Shown: positions 29,348 through 40,021, counted from the stretch's first letter. The stretch: 64,000 bases of DNA from an uncultured delta proteobacterium (GCA_963845145.1 CAWJQU010000004.1:192001-256000); one strand, 5' to 3'. Made by a program: numbers and translations. The notes: generated from the sequence alone by a model not told the origin.

Positions 29348-30527
29348 TTGGTATCCGTTTTTTCAGCCGGAATCGAACAACGAGATGATCCAATAGTGGG
29401 GCGAAAACGTTCATAAACAGAATCGCCAGCATGATCCCCTCGGGGAAGGCGGGATTAAACACCCGGATCAAAACGGTGAGGGCGCCGATGGCGAACCCGT
29501 AAATCCATCGGGCGGCATGTAAATCCGGTGCGGATACGGGATCGGTGGTCATAAAGGCGAAACCGAAGGCCGTACCGCCCATAAGCAGATGATAGACCGG
29601 ATTCAGGGTCATAAACGCAGAAGAGCCTTCAGTTGCCAGCAAATTAAGCAGGAAACCGGTTACCAGTACCCCGAGAATGTCACCGACGATGATGCGATAG
29701 CTGGCAATGCCCATCACCACCAGCAAGATGGCGCCGACCAGGCATAGCAGGGTTGAAGAGGCACCGATACTGTCCGGATAGCGGCCAAAAAACAGCGTTG
29801 ATACGGTATATCCGGCCCCGGCCAGGGCTTCTTCGACGGCTCCGGCGGTTTCGGTGGCCGCAGCAATCACTAATGGGGTTGCGGAGGATACGGCGTCCAC
29901 GGCCGAGTCCTTTAAACCCGTTACCGCCACCCAGATCGCATCGCCCGACATCTGGGCCGGGTAGGCAAAATAGAGAAAAGCGCGACCGGTGAGGGCGGGG
30001 TTTAAAAAATTACGCCCGGTGCCGCCGAAAATTTCCTTACCGAGGACGATACCGAAAGAGATACCCAAAGCCACCTGCCATAGGGGCGTGGTGGCCGGCA
30101 GGGTCAAGGGAAACAGCATGGCTGTCACAAACAGCCCTTCGCTGATAGGATGACGTCGAACTACGGCAAAAAGAATTTCCCAGGCAAATCCAACCCCGTA
30201 GGAGACGAGAACAATGGGTAGAACCGATATCGTTCCGGATAAAATGACGGACCAGAAATCAAGCGGCAGGCCCGCGGCCAGACGGGTTTGAAATCCGGTG
30301 TTATAAATACCGAAAAAAAAGAGTGGTATGAGAATGAAAAGGACGGTGGCCAGATAGCGTTTCAAATCCAGGGCGTCGCGAATATGAGGGCCTTTTAAAG
30401 GCGTTACTTCGTCCGATGCAAAAAAAACGGTCTCCATGGCTTCAAAAAATGGATACCATTTTTCCCATTTGCCGCCCTGGCTGAAACGGGGACGCTGGGC
30501 ATCAAAGAAGCGTTTGATCGTTTTCAT
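29340..30527 (-). CDS. nqrB: Na+-NQR subunit B
   Basis: PHIRDALDLKR, FGGTGRNFLNPAL, SSATPL, TDPVS, PEGIMLAIL. Confidence 0.95.
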   Translation of the reverse strand: MKTIKRFFDAQRPRFSQGGKWEKWYPFFEAMETVFFASDEVTPLKGPHIRDALDLKRYLATVLFILIPLFFFGIYNTGFQTRLAAGLPLDFWSVILSGTISVLPIVLVSYGVGFAWEILFAVVRRHPISEGLFVTAMLFPLTLPATTPLWQVALGISFGIVLGKEIFGGTGRNFLNPALTGRAFLYFAYPAQMSGDAIWVAVTGLKDSAVDAVSSATPLVIAAATETAGAVEEALAGAGYTVSTLFFGRYPDSIGASSTLLCLVGAILLVVMGIASYRIIVGDILGVLVTGFLLNLLATEGSSAFMTLNPVYHLLMGGTAFGFAFMTTDPVSAPDLHAARWIYGFAIGALTVLIRVFNPAFPEGIMLAILFMNVFAPLLDHLVVRFRLKKRIPNV

Positions 30528-31867
30528 TCGGTTTCGCGCTCCTTACGATAGGCCGCCTTGGCCCCCTGAAGGGACGCGGTCAACTCGATTTTCGACGGAC
30601 ACACATAGGTGCACAGGCCACATTCCACGCAATCGAGCAGGCCGTGCGCCAATGCTTCTTCCACCTCACCGGCCAGAATGGCCTTATGTGTCAGCTGGGG
30701 CAGAATGTCCACCGGGCAGACATCGGCGCAGTGCATGCATGCAATACAGGCGCGCTCATCACCATGGCGATTACAGTTTGCCGATAAATTTGACCGGTTC
30801 AAAGGGGACAGATACGCCCGGGAATAGGTTCTCTTTTTCCAACCGGGATTAAACAGGGCGAAAAATTCCTTTTCATTGCCCTCGGGCAAAAGCGTCAGGG
30901 CGGTTTCGTAAAGGCCCAGAAAGCCATACGGCGATACGGCCCGGCCTTTGAAGATACCGCCGGTGACAAAACGGATGTTGTCAGAATCGATGGCGTTTGG
31001 CACCAGGTCGGCAATGGAGATCCCCAAACGTGTTTGGACGTGGTGTCTCTCAACGGCGGCACTTCCGCCAACGGCTACAATGCGCTCGGTGGGAAATCGT
31101 CCGCTAGTGAGTAAGCGTGCCAGCATCAGCACATCCTGGCCGGTAATAAACCAACTATCATTCTCAGCGGGGTTTTTTTTAATGTGATACAACAATACGC
31201 CGGGATCGCCGGCCGGGTATTTTCCGCTATAAACGAGGTTGATCTCACTGGGAAATATTTTTTTTATGGGGTGGGTGGCAGCAACGTAGACCTTTGTGGC
31301 TAAACGTTGCAATACCTGGATACCGAATGCGAATAGCGCTTCGTTGTCGGTCAGGTATAAATTTGGAGCGGTCTGAAAAGGCTCGGAATCATCCAAAGCA
31401 ATAAAAATCGCCGGTGGTACACTGTCCGGATCGGCAATGTCCCGAAACGGCAGTGCATGTATCAACGGCCAGACACCGCCGGCGAGCATCATCTCGACCA
31501 GATCGGATCGGGTTGTCGCGGGTAAGTCCGTTTTGGTGATAGTGGGAAACTGGATAAACGCTTCGTCAGCGTTTAAAGTAATGACGATTTGCTCGATAAC
31601 CCGACGGGGCCCGTAGCGGATATCTTCGATACGACCGCCGCCGGGTGAGAGAAACTGCAACCGGGGATCCTGTTTATCTTCATATAAAAGGGTGCCGATG
31701 TTAACCTCATCTCCCTTTCTCACTCGTAACCGGGGCTTGATAAAGGGAATACCGCTGGGACAAACGGCGACGCGGGCCGGTTTTTCAAGCGGTTTGAGGG
31801 TCGGTTTGGCACAACCGCTAAGTCGCGCTTGATACCCTTTTTTAACGTGAATCGTTGCGATGACCAA
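30524..31867 (-). CDS. nqrA: Na+-NQR subunit A with a C-terminal 2x[4Fe-4S] domain
   Basis: IHVKKG, YPAG and operon position; CIACMHCADVCP and CVECGLCTYVCPSK; start uncertain. Confidence 0.88.
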   Translation of the reverse strand: MVIATIHVKKGYQARLSGCAKPTLKPLEKPARVAVCPSGIPFIKPRLRVRKGDEVNIGTLLYEDKQDPRLQFLSPGGGRIEDIRYGPRRVIEQIVITLNADEAFIQFPTITKTDLPATTRSDLVEMMLAGGVWPLIHALPFRDIADPDSVPPAIFIALDDSEPFQTAPNLYLTDNEALFAFGIQVLQRLATKVYVAATHPIKKIFPSEINLVYSGKYPAGDPGVLLYHIKKNPAENDSWFITGQDVLMLARLLTSGRFPTERIVAVGGSAAVERHHVQTRLGISIADLVPNAIDSDNIRFVTGGIFKGRAVSPYGFLGLYETALTLLPEGNEKEFFALFNPGWKKRTYSRAYLSPLNRSNLSANCNRHGDERACIACMHCADVCPVDILPQLTHKAILAGEVEEALAHGLLDCVECGLCTYVCPSKIELTASLQGAKAAYRKERETE

Positions 31868-32130
31868 TAGCTCCCATATTTTACTGATTGCAATCTTTTG
31901 GGTCTCAGGGGCCAAAATAACACCGCGATTGGCAATTTTCAACCAATGACCTAACGATTGACCCGACGATTGGTCTGGCGATCGTTGGCCGGTTTGATGA
32001 TCCATTCTAAAAAATTATTTTTTATCGGCTTGACTTTTCATTAAAAAATTTTCACTTTACTTAAACCATAATCAGTCAAATACTTTAAAATTGATAGCTA
32101 ATGACACCGAGGTTCTCTTAAAGAAAGGAC

Positions 32131-33321
32131 GTGATGACCATGCCGGAAGAATGTAAACCGACCATCGATACGGGTTTAAGAGGAATTGTTGTTGCCAGCA
32201 CCAATATCAGCAAGGTGGATGGCGCTGCGGGGAAATTAATATATCGCGGCTTTCTGGTCAAAGATTTAGCGGAAAAAACGAGCTATGAGGAGGTCGTTTT
32301 CCTGCTCTTGTATGAAAAACTCCCCGATCGGGAAGAGTTGGCAGCGTTCAAGGTGCATCTGGCATCCGAGCGTCACCTGCCGGAGCGGGTGATTAACGCA
32401 TTAAAAGGGTTTGACCCCGAGGCGTTACCCATGGACGTACTTCAGGCGGGCGTGGCCATGCTGGCCCAGGGTGATCCCGAAATATCGGAAAATAATCGTG
32501 AGGCGTATCTGAATATGGCCATTCGACTGGTGGCCCGTCTGGCTACCCTTTTGGCAGCGTGGCATCGCATACGAAAGGGCCTGGCCCCGATTGAGCCCAA
32601 TGAAGACCTGGGACATGCGGAAAATTTTTTATATATGTTATCCGGCAAACCCCCTGAAGCGGATGTGGCCCACTTTTTGGATGTCTGTTTGGTTTTGCAT
32701 GCTGAGCATTCGTTTAATGCATCCACATTTACGGCCCGCCAGATCGCCTCCACCCGGGCCCATATGTATGCGGCCATTGCTGGTGCGATCGGGTCGCTTT
32801 CAGGCGAACTGCATGGCGGGGCCAATGTGCGGGTGATGGAAATGCTTAAAAAAATCGGCGCCGTGGATCAGGTGGCGGCTTATGTCGATAAGGAACTGGA
32901 AGCCGGGCGGGTGATTTTTGGGCTGGGCCATGCCGTATACCAGGTGGATGATCCCCGGGCTCATATACTCGCCCCCATGTCTAAAATCATGGGGGACCGC
33001 ATCGGCCAGCCCCAATGGTTCGAAATCTCCAAAGCCTTGGAGCAAGCGGGGAAAACCGCCTTTAAAGCCCGTAAAGGGCTTGATATTTATGTTAATGTGG
33101 ATTTTTACAGTGCATCTTTATACTATGCTATGGGCATTGACATTGATCTATTTACACCGGTCTTTGCGATTTCCCGTATTGCCGGGTGGGCGGCCCATGT
33201 GGTTGAGGAACGTTTTGGTGAAGCAGCCGCAAAACCGGCGTTATATCGACCAAAATCGCTTTACACCGGCGATTACTGTGGTCCAGATGAATGCGTATTT
33301 GTGCCAGTGGATGAGCGGTAG
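32131..33321 (+). CDS. gltA: Citrate synthase / 2-methylcitrate synthase family
   Basis: GLRGIV, HAEHSFNASTF, GELHGGAN, FGLGHAVY, DPRA, NVDFYSA, RIAGWAAH. Confidence 0.9.
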   Translation: MMTMPEECKPTIDTGLRGIVVASTNISKVDGAAGKLIYRGFLVKDLAEKTSYEEVVFLLLYEKLPDREELAAFKVHLASERHLPERVINALKGFDPEALPMDVLQAGVAMLAQGDPEISENNREAYLNMAIRLVARLATLLAAWHRIRKGLAPIEPNEDLGHAENFLYMLSGKPPEADVAHFLDVCLVLHAEHSFNASTFTARQIASTRAHMYAAIAGAIGSLSGELHGGANVRVMEMLKKIGAVDQVAAYVDKELEAGRVIFGLGHAVYQVDDPRAHILAPMSKIMGDRIGQPQWFEISKALEQAGKTAFKARKGLDIYVNVDFYSASLYYAMGIDIDLFTPVFAISRIAGWAAHVVEERFGEAAAKPALYRPKSLYTGDYCGPDECVFVPVDER

Positions 33322-33327
33322 CCCTTT

Positions 33328-33795
33328 ATGGTGGATGTGCAATATTATCGAATGACCCGTCAACGCAAGGTCATTCTCCAGGTCCTGCAAAAAGATGTGA
33401 CGACCCATCCCAGTGCAGACGAGGTCTATGATATCGTCCGCCGCGATTTACCGCGTATCAGCCTGGGAACGGTTTACCGAAATCTGGAGATCCTCTGTGA
33501 GTTGGGGGAGATTCAAAAACTTGAATTTGGCGGGGCGCACAAACGGTTCGACGGAAACCCCCATGCCCATTATCATGTCCGGTGTGCCTTGTGTGATCGT
33601 GTGGATAATGTTGATTTAGATCCTGTTAAACAGATTGAGGCGGACATTAACAGCGCCACGGATTATAAAATCATCGGCCATCGGTTGGAATTCATCGGTT
33701 TGTGCCCGGATTGTGATGCCCACATGGTTTCACCCGGGCTCAAAAAAGCCTGGGCGTGGCGCATTGGCCGGGAAAAACCGGGAAAAAAGGATTGA
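33328..33795 (+). CDS. Fur family regulator, PerR-like
   Basis: HPSADEVY, ISLGTVYRNL, RFDGN..HYHVRCALC, CPDC. Confidence 0.88.
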   Translation: MVDVQYYRMTRQRKVILQVLQKDVTTHPSADEVYDIVRRDLPRISLGTVYRNLEILCELGEIQKLEFGGAHKRFDGNPHAHYHVRCALCDRVDNVDLDPVKQIEADINSATDYKIIGHRLEFIGLCPDCDAHMVSPGLKKAWAWRIGREKPGKKD

Positions 33796-33807
33796 CGCTT
33801 TCGTGAA

Positions 33808-34167
33808 TTACGTTGCGCTGACCTGTTTTTGCAACCAGCCGCGGACTTCCCCTTCCACAGCCCAAACGCCTTTGTTGTGGCCGACGGATTCGAGAAAAGG
33901 GTCGATCAGCTCAACAGGCATATCGATCTTGGCCAGTTCCACTGCTTCCTCCGAATTGCGACGGATTAGATAGATCACCGGGCTTCCATGCCAGTTATTG
34001 ACCACGAAATAATGGGCCACATCGTCTTTGGACCGAATGACATAGTTGCCTCCGGCCCAGTTGTTGCCCCACTCCAGGTAGAGGCGGACGGCTTCTTCCG
34101 GTGTCATATCCCAGTCGATGCAGTTGACCAGATCACTATCCTTGGCAATTTCCTCCAGGGTCAGCAT
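33808..34167 (-). CDS. DVU0772 family protein
   Basis: IDWDMTPEEAVRLYLEWGNNW, YFVVNNW, RRNSEEAVELA. Confidence 0.8.
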   Translation of the reverse strand: MLTLEEIAKDSDLVNCIDWDMTPEEAVRLYLEWGNNWAGGNYVIRSKDDVAHYFVVNNWHGSPVIYLIRRNSEEAVELAKIDMPVELIDPFLESVGHNKGVWAVEGEVRGWLQKQVSAT

Positions 34168-34182
34168 TAATCACTCCTTAAA

Positions 34183-34201
34183 TCTAGTATCGTTTACAAT
34201 G
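34183..34201. promoter_or_regulatory. Candidate PerR box
   Basis: AGTAT-cgt-TTACA imperfect palindrome next to the SD of the DVU0772-family gene. Confidence 0.45.
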
Positions 34202-34316
34202 TCGCTACATCAGACAGCATTTTTCAGGGCCAGCGTCATTATTCGATTGCCTAAAAACCTGTTATGACGATAATCCTTTTTTACCCGGCGTCAATATGTC
34301 GCTATCCGAATATCCA

Positions 34317-37300
34317 TTAAGGGCCAATGGTTGATGGATCTATCTGATGGGGCGTGGTGGTGCCGGAACGGATGCTCCGGTTGATCTCTTCGAGAGTACT
34401 TGATATTTTGGTCCACAAGCGGGTGGGGGTTAAAAAGAGGCGTTTAAAATAGCCCAAAATAGCCTCATCAAGATTGTTGAAAGGGACATGCTTGACGATC
34501 ACCTGATTCGGCTGGCCTTTAATTTTAAAGTAATAGACGAGAATCGTTTTCTTTTTTCCAGTCAGGATGTGTCCGATAATGGGGATTTTACTAATGATTC
34601 GATCAATCGTGTTCAAAGCTTGAACGCCTACAAGAAAGTCCAGCTCTTTTTGTGGCAAATCGTAGCTGCCCCGTGCAGCGGCATTGAAAACAGGGCTTTT
34701 CATGAACAACCGCTCAGTGTTAAATTGCCCCTTTTCAATGGTTACATGCCCTTGAATGTTTTCGAAATAGAATCGGCTTTTTAGAATATCCGGGGGCCGT
34801 CTTAGAAAAATATTTTGAATACTTAAAAAATCTAATATTTTAACAATGACGTTTGATTTTTGGACGATGCCTTCGGTGACCTTTATATTCAACTTGCCGG
34901 CCAGGTTCTGAATTATTTCCGTTTTGTTGCGACCCCGCAGCGCCAGGCCGCCTTCCAGCGTCAGGGTCCCATTCATCCGTTCGGTGGATAGATGCAATCC
35001 CTGTAAAATGTCTGCCAGGGGCTGCTGGTCCAGTTTGAAATAGGTCAACAGGGAGAGTGTTTTATGGTGCCTTCCAGACAGTGATCCGGAGAGTTTGATC
35101 AGGCTGGACGGTGCGGTAAAGAGGGCATTTTCAATTCGTAATCGATCGTCTTGATACTGGAGCGCCGCCGAAAAATTTCCCAGATCGATGGTTTCCCATA
35201 TGACCTGATTGGCACGAACCGCCATGTTGATTTCGGCGTTGGCCAACAGTCCCGATAGTGGGGCTTGGCCCCCGGTTGAGGCGTTTCGCAGCTGGTCGAT
35301 CAAATGGGGTAGATCTATACAGTCCAAGTCCAGATCGAGCCGGCCGCGCCAGCGGTCCCATCCGGTAAGCCGACCCTTGAGACTGCCTTTGTATTGGCCA
35401 ACAGGGAAGATGAAATTTACAATATCGATTTCGCGACCCTTGAAACGAAGATCCGCCTGGTAGGGTAGCGAGCCGGCTGGCTCTCCAAACAGAACGCCAT
35501 CAAGGGTCAACGCACCGTTTACTTCGGTTTTACCCAGGCTTGAGGGTATCTCAGATTTTATGTGACCGGTCAATTTTCCTTCGATCTGTCTTTTACCGGC
35601 AGTACCACCGGTCATTCGAAAACCCATGTCGATCAAATCCAAGGGGTCGGCCGTCATCTCAATGCTAAGCGGGCTGCCGGATTTCACCCCGCGAGCACCT
35701 TTTAGCGTAAAGCGGGAGGTCTTGCCCAAAAACCGACACGAATTCAAGACCCATTGCCCGGGTGAATAGCCCATATCAAAGATCAGTCTATTGCCCGAAT
35801 TGGGCGGGGCAATGACCAGGGTGGGAAGGGTGATGACCTGGGAATCCAGATCGGCTTCGCCGGTAAAGGACCACCGGTCGGCGGTTTTTTGAATTTGAAT
35901 CCGCCCGGGCAGGGGCTGGTTCAGACGGATACGTGACCGGTTTTGGGGATGGTAGTGGTCTATGAGTTCATTGATGTCCGCCTTTGTGGCGAGGGTGACT
36001 TGCATGGATTTTTGCTGTAGATCGGCGGTTCCTTCGGCGTTAAACGAAGAGCGGCCCCAGGCACCGGTGGCACTAAACCCGCTGTTTCCGGCAGTGCCGA
36101 AGGCCATTTTTCCGACACGAATGTCGAGTGGGAGTTTTATGGCCGTATGGGTCATCCTTGCGCCATCCGTTGTCAGTGACCCTGTCAGGCGTATGGTATT
36201 TTTGAGGGTCTTTCGATCAAGGGCAACATCGGCGCCCATTCGTCCTTCGATGGTTTTAATTCCGGTCAGAGGTTTTCGCCACCCGACGGGAAGGATGGCC
36301 AATTGCCTGAGGGTGAGCAGATCAGACAAATCGATATCGGCATCGATGTCCAGGTTGAGAAGCGGTCGTCGAACCGGACCGTCCGCTCTCCACAAAGCGC
36401 CCGTTGTGCCGGAAACGTTAATATCCGAGTCCCCCCAGCGGCCCGTTGCATCAACTTGAACGGCTCCCTTTTCACTAAAAAGCAATCGACCGTTGAGAAG
36501 ATCTATTGGAAGGGAAAGGGTCGTATGATGGATTCGGCTGTTTTTAAAGGCCATCATGCCCGTTAAAACCGGCAACTGTTTTTTGCCCGGAAAGGAGAGG
36601 GCGATATCGGCCGTCATCGGCCCGCCTGCCGATTTTATCCGGTCGATTTCACGTCGAATGACAGCTGGCAGGATCGGCTGTACACCCTGACGTTTTAAGT
36701 CTCCAAGGTCAAAATCACCTCGAATGCCCAGGGTATACCGGCGGGATTGATTGTACAGGCTTGGCCAAAACAGCGTTCCCTCGGTCAGGGCCGATCTCCC
36801 AAAATAGCCCTTGACGCCATTGACCAGCAGTTGGCCCTGGTGAATAACCACTTCTCCGTTCACATCGGTGACCGCGAGATCCGGATTATTAGTGAAGGCG
36901 TTCATTTTGTCCAGGGTCAACCGCATTTCGAAAACATCGGCATTTTCGGGATGTTTTATTTTTTTCATGTTGTCGATTGATCCGTTTAGCCTTAATCGAT
37001 CTAAGCGCGCGGTCCCTCCGGAAAACAGCGGGAACAGTTTGGCCTCAATCCATGGGGGTACGAGTGGGGTCGGAAAAATCTTTTTAAAGACGGGTAGGGG
37101 CAAGGGTTTACTGTTAATGTCCAGGTCCAAACCGATGTTTGACGGGTTTTGCCAATTTAGTAGCAGTTGCACGCCAACTTCCGCTTCCGGGGTCCGGATC
37201 ATCATCTTTTCAATACGGCCATCGCCCAGACCCAAATCGCCGTCAAAATCGATTTTGGCTTGGGATAGAACGTAATGCTTGGATCGCCCATTTCGATTAA

Positions 37301-38177
37301 CGGCAAAACGCAGCGCGTCACCCGAAACGTTGCCCGTTATGTCCAATCGATTTTTATCCGGACCGGTAATGTGAAAATTGCCGGATGCCAGGCCTGCACC
37401 AAATTGAACCTGTTTTGGCCAGGGAAAATGGGCCAGGGGCACATCTCTCACTTGCACGTCAAATACGACAGCCGGTCTTTCGCTGACGCCCGAAGGGTGA
37501 CTGACATCTCCGATCAATTGGAACGGCGCGATTGCATCGCCGGCGATAATATGCCCGATTATTTGAACCCGTCGTTGCCGGGGGTCATCAGCGGGGGGCT
37601 GAATGTGGACATTCAGATTTTTTAACGCGTATTTACTATTCGTGTTGATGATGGTGATATTGTTAAGTTCAACCCGGCGGGAATCGAAAAGCAGGGGTTG
37701 GATTCGGGATTGAAATTTGGATAGACGGTCGGGCGGAAACGCACCGTTCTCCTTTTGGTTCGTTCTGAATTCGAAACGGCCATCTTGAATGATGACCTTT
37801 TCTGGGAAAAACCGGCCGTTCAGGAGAGTGTTGTATTGAAATCCGAGTTCAATTTGAGCGGCTTCGAACCTATGCGAGGTCTGTTTTGAACGGGCAACAA
37901 GGTTTTTCACCTGAATTTCCAATCCATCCCGGTAATGGATTCGAATTTTTCCGGTTTCGACGTTGTAGGGACTTGCCTGCGATAACCGTTGAATCAGGTA
38001 TCTTTGAAAACCAGGGTAGTTAAGGAGAATTTGAAGGAAAATCGCGGTGGCGCCGAAAATTAAACCTACCACGAGAATCAAAAAGAAATATTTTCGTATT
38101 TTCTTTTTCGGCAAAGGGTCTGCCTGTTCATCTTGGTCGGTATTATTTTGAAGCGGCTGGTCGGTTTGGCCATCCAT
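34317..38177 (-). CDS. AsmA-like/YhdP family protein
   Basis: N-terminal TM, long beta-rich body, C-terminal IDRIISKIPIIGHILTG..YFKIKG; start uncertain. Confidence 0.75.
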   Translation of the reverse strand: MDGQTDQPLQNNTDQDEQADPLPKKKIRKYFFLILVVGLIFGATAIFLQILLNYPGFQRYLIQRLSQASPYNVETGKIRIHYRDGLEIQVKNLVARSKQTSHRFEAAQIELGFQYNTLLNGRFFPEKVIIQDGRFEFRTNQKENGAFPPDRLSKFQSRIQPLLFDSRRVELNNITIINTNSKYALKNLNVHIQPPADDPRQRRVQIIGHIIAGDAIAPFQLIGDVSHPSGVSERPAVVFDVQVRDVPLAHFPWPKQVQFGAGLASGNFHITGPDKNRLDITGNVSGDALRFAVNRNGRSKHYVLSQAKIDFDGDLGLGDGRIEKMMIRTPEAEVGVQLLLNWQNPSNIGLDLDINSKPLPLPVFKKIFPTPLVPPWIEAKLFPLFSGGTARLDRLRLNGSIDNMKKIKHPENADVFEMRLTLDKMNAFTNNPDLAVTDVNGEVVIHQGQLLVNGVKGYFGRSALTEGTLFWPSLYNQSRRYTLGIRGDFDLGDLKRQGVQPILPAVIRREIDRIKSAGGPMTADIALSFPGKKQLPVLTGMMAFKNSRIHHTTLSLPIDLLNGRLLFSEKGAVQVDATGRWGDSDINVSGTTGALWRADGPVRRPLLNLDIDADIDLSDLLTLRQLAILPVGWRKPLTGIKTIEGRMGADVALDRKTLKNTIRLTGSLTTDGARMTHTAIKLPLDIRVGKMAFGTAGNSGFSATGAWGRSSFNAEGTADLQQKSMQVTLATKADINELIDHYHPQNRSRIRLNQPLPGRIQIQKTADRWSFTGEADLDSQVITLPTLVIAPPNSGNRLIFDMGYSPGQWVLNSCRFLGKTSRFTLKGARGVKSGSPLSIEMTADPLDLIDMGFRMTGGTAGKRQIEGKLTGHIKSEIPSSLGKTEVNGALTLDGVLFGEPAGSLPYQADLRFKGREIDIVNFIFPVGQYKGSLKGRLTGWDRWRGRLDLDLDCIDLPHLIDQLRNASTGGQAPLSGLLANAEINMAVRANQVIWETIDLGNFSAALQYQDDRLRIENALFTAPSSLIKLSGSLSGRHHKTLSLLTYFKLDQQPLADILQGLHLSTERMNGTLTLEGGLALRGRNKTEIIQNLAGKLNIKVTEGIVQKSNVIVKILDFLSIQNIFLRRPPDILKSRFYFENIQGHVTIEKGQFNTERLFMKSPVFNAAARGSYDLPQKELDFLVGVQALNTIDRIISKIPIIGHILTGKKKTILVYYFKIKGQPNQVIVKHVPFNNLDEAILGYFKRLFLTPTRLWTKISSTLEEINRSIRSGTTTPHQIDPSTIGP

Positions 38178-38477
38178 TGCAATACCCATCGAAGGTCTCT
38201 TGAATAACGAAGGTCTGTCGCCTAAAGGATATCGTAATTGGCAGGGGCGATCAATGGACAATTGGTCAAATAGCTACCCGGTATATTTTCCCCTGCCAAA
38301 AATCAAAAAGGCGTCAAATCGCGGCCAGCAATTCTCGATGAGTTGTTTGACCTTCCGGTCTCGATGGGATACAAATCGGGGTCAGACAATAAGATTCTTA
38401 CAAATGGATCGTTCAATCTCCGAAAGCTTTGAAATTCTTCACTTTACCGGAAATTCCTTTGTTCATAATTTCGATGA

Positions 38478-39860
38478 TTGACTTCGATCACCGATGAAAC
38501 GACGTTCTTCGACAGGGGCAGCCCATTGAGCATCGAACAATTCATATCAAGCCGGAAAACCCTGGAAAGGGTTCTGGACAATCTTAAAGAAGGGATCATT
38601 GCCCACGACCTGGATCGGCGCATCCTCTATTTTAACAAAGAGGCGGAACGGGTCACCGGGTATACCCGTGAAGAGGTTCTGGGCAGGGATTGCCATGATG
38701 TTTTTCAGGGGCCTTTTTGCGGTGATCGCTGTGGTTTTCTGTACCAAAACCCCACGCTTGACGACCGAAATGAGTTTAACTTCGATATTACGTCCAAAAC
38801 CGGTGAAATCCGGACATTGGATATGAGCGTTGCGTGCATGGCGGATGACCATGGCGCGTTTTTTGGCGTATTGACCTCTTTTCAGGACATAACCGACCTG
38901 GCGGACCTACGCACCAAATCGTGCCGGCTCTCAGGATTTTCCGATATCATCGGAAACCATGCGAAGATGTTGCAGGTATTTCAACAGATACAGAATGTGG
39001 CCGGGTACGATTACCCAGTCAACATTTTCGGGGAAACCGGTACGGGGAAAGAACTTGTCGCCTCGGCCATCCATCAGGAAAGCCGGCGCCATAATCAACC
39101 GTTTGTCCCCATCAATTGCGGGGCTATTCCCGAAGGGCTTATTGAAAGTGAGCTGTTCGGATATGTCAAAGGGGCGTTTACCGGGGCCATCAAAGACAAA
39201 AAGGGGCGTTTTGAATTGGCCGACGGCGGGACGCTCTTTTTGGATGAGGTGTCTGAGCTGCCTAGACCTATGCAAGTCAAGTTGTTGAGATTTTTACAGG
39301 AGGGAACCATTGAGAAGGTGGGCGCGGAAGAAACAGTCACCGTGGATGTGAGAGTGATCAGCGCTACCAATATGGATCTCAAAGAAGCCGTCCGGCGAAA
39401 ATCATTTCGGGAAGATTTATATTACCGGCTTAACGTGATACCGATTCACATACCGCCACTGAGGGAACGTAAAACCGATATTCCCCTTTTGATTGAGTAT
39501 TTTCTAAAAGAAGACGACCAGGTGGGTGCAAAAGGCAGGCCCCGGATTTCCCGGGACGCTTTGGCCTGTATGATGGATTATGACTGGCCTGGAAATGTTC
39601 GTGAGCTTCAAAGTGCTGTCCAGTTCGGCATCGTTAAATGCAACGATACGGAGATTCGTCTTCATGACCTTCCCCTTGAGCTTAAAAATAGCCGCCTGCC
39701 GGCACCTCGACGGGGCCCGGCGCAAAAGCTCGACGCATCCCAGGTGCGCCATGCGCTCATGCAGGTTGCCGGAAATAAATCCAAGGCCGCTTCGATGCTT
39801 GGTGTCGGCCGGGCCACGCTTTATCGGTTTTTAAACCAACATCCGGAAATCCACTTTTAG
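38478..39860 (+). CDS. PAS-domain sigma54 enhancer-binding protein with a C-X8-C-X3-C motif (OrpR-like)
   Basis: CHDVFQGPFCGDRC in the PAS domain, GETGTGKE, GAFTGA, WPGNVREL, Fis HTH. Confidence 0.9.
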   Translation: MTSITDETTFFDRGSPLSIEQFISSRKTLERVLDNLKEGIIAHDLDRRILYFNKEAERVTGYTREEVLGRDCHDVFQGPFCGDRCGFLYQNPTLDDRNEFNFDITSKTGEIRTLDMSVACMADDHGAFFGVLTSFQDITDLADLRTKSCRLSGFSDIIGNHAKMLQVFQQIQNVAGYDYPVNIFGETGTGKELVASAIHQESRRHNQPFVPINCGAIPEGLIESELFGYVKGAFTGAIKDKKGRFELADGGTLFLDEVSELPRPMQVKLLRFLQEGTIEKVGAEETVTVDVRVISATNMDLKEAVRRKSFREDLYYRLNVIPIHIPPLRERKTDIPLLIEYFLKEDDQVGAKGRPRISRDALACMMDYDWPGNVRELQSAVQFGIVKCNDTEIRLHDLPLELKNSRLPAPRRGPAQKLDASQVRHALMQVAGNKSKAASMLGVGRATLYRFLNQHPEIHF

Positions 39861-39907
39861 GATTTCGTATTGGTGGATTGTATCACTCCCGACTTTTTTA
39901 CTCAAAG

Positions 39908-40021
39908 TGTCTCATGAGACAAAAGTGTTTCATTTTATCTTGGAACACGGGTTCATTTTATGATCTCAAATAGTTATTGAGTGTTTCAAGTCAAAAATCA
40001 CGATAGTGTCTCAGTGATACA
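39908..40021. promoter_or_regulatory. Candidate upstream activator sequences
   Basis: Perfect palindrome TGTCTCATGAGACA (39908-39921), TGTCTCAGTGATACA (40007-40021) and GTGTTTCA half-sites. Confidence 0.6.
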
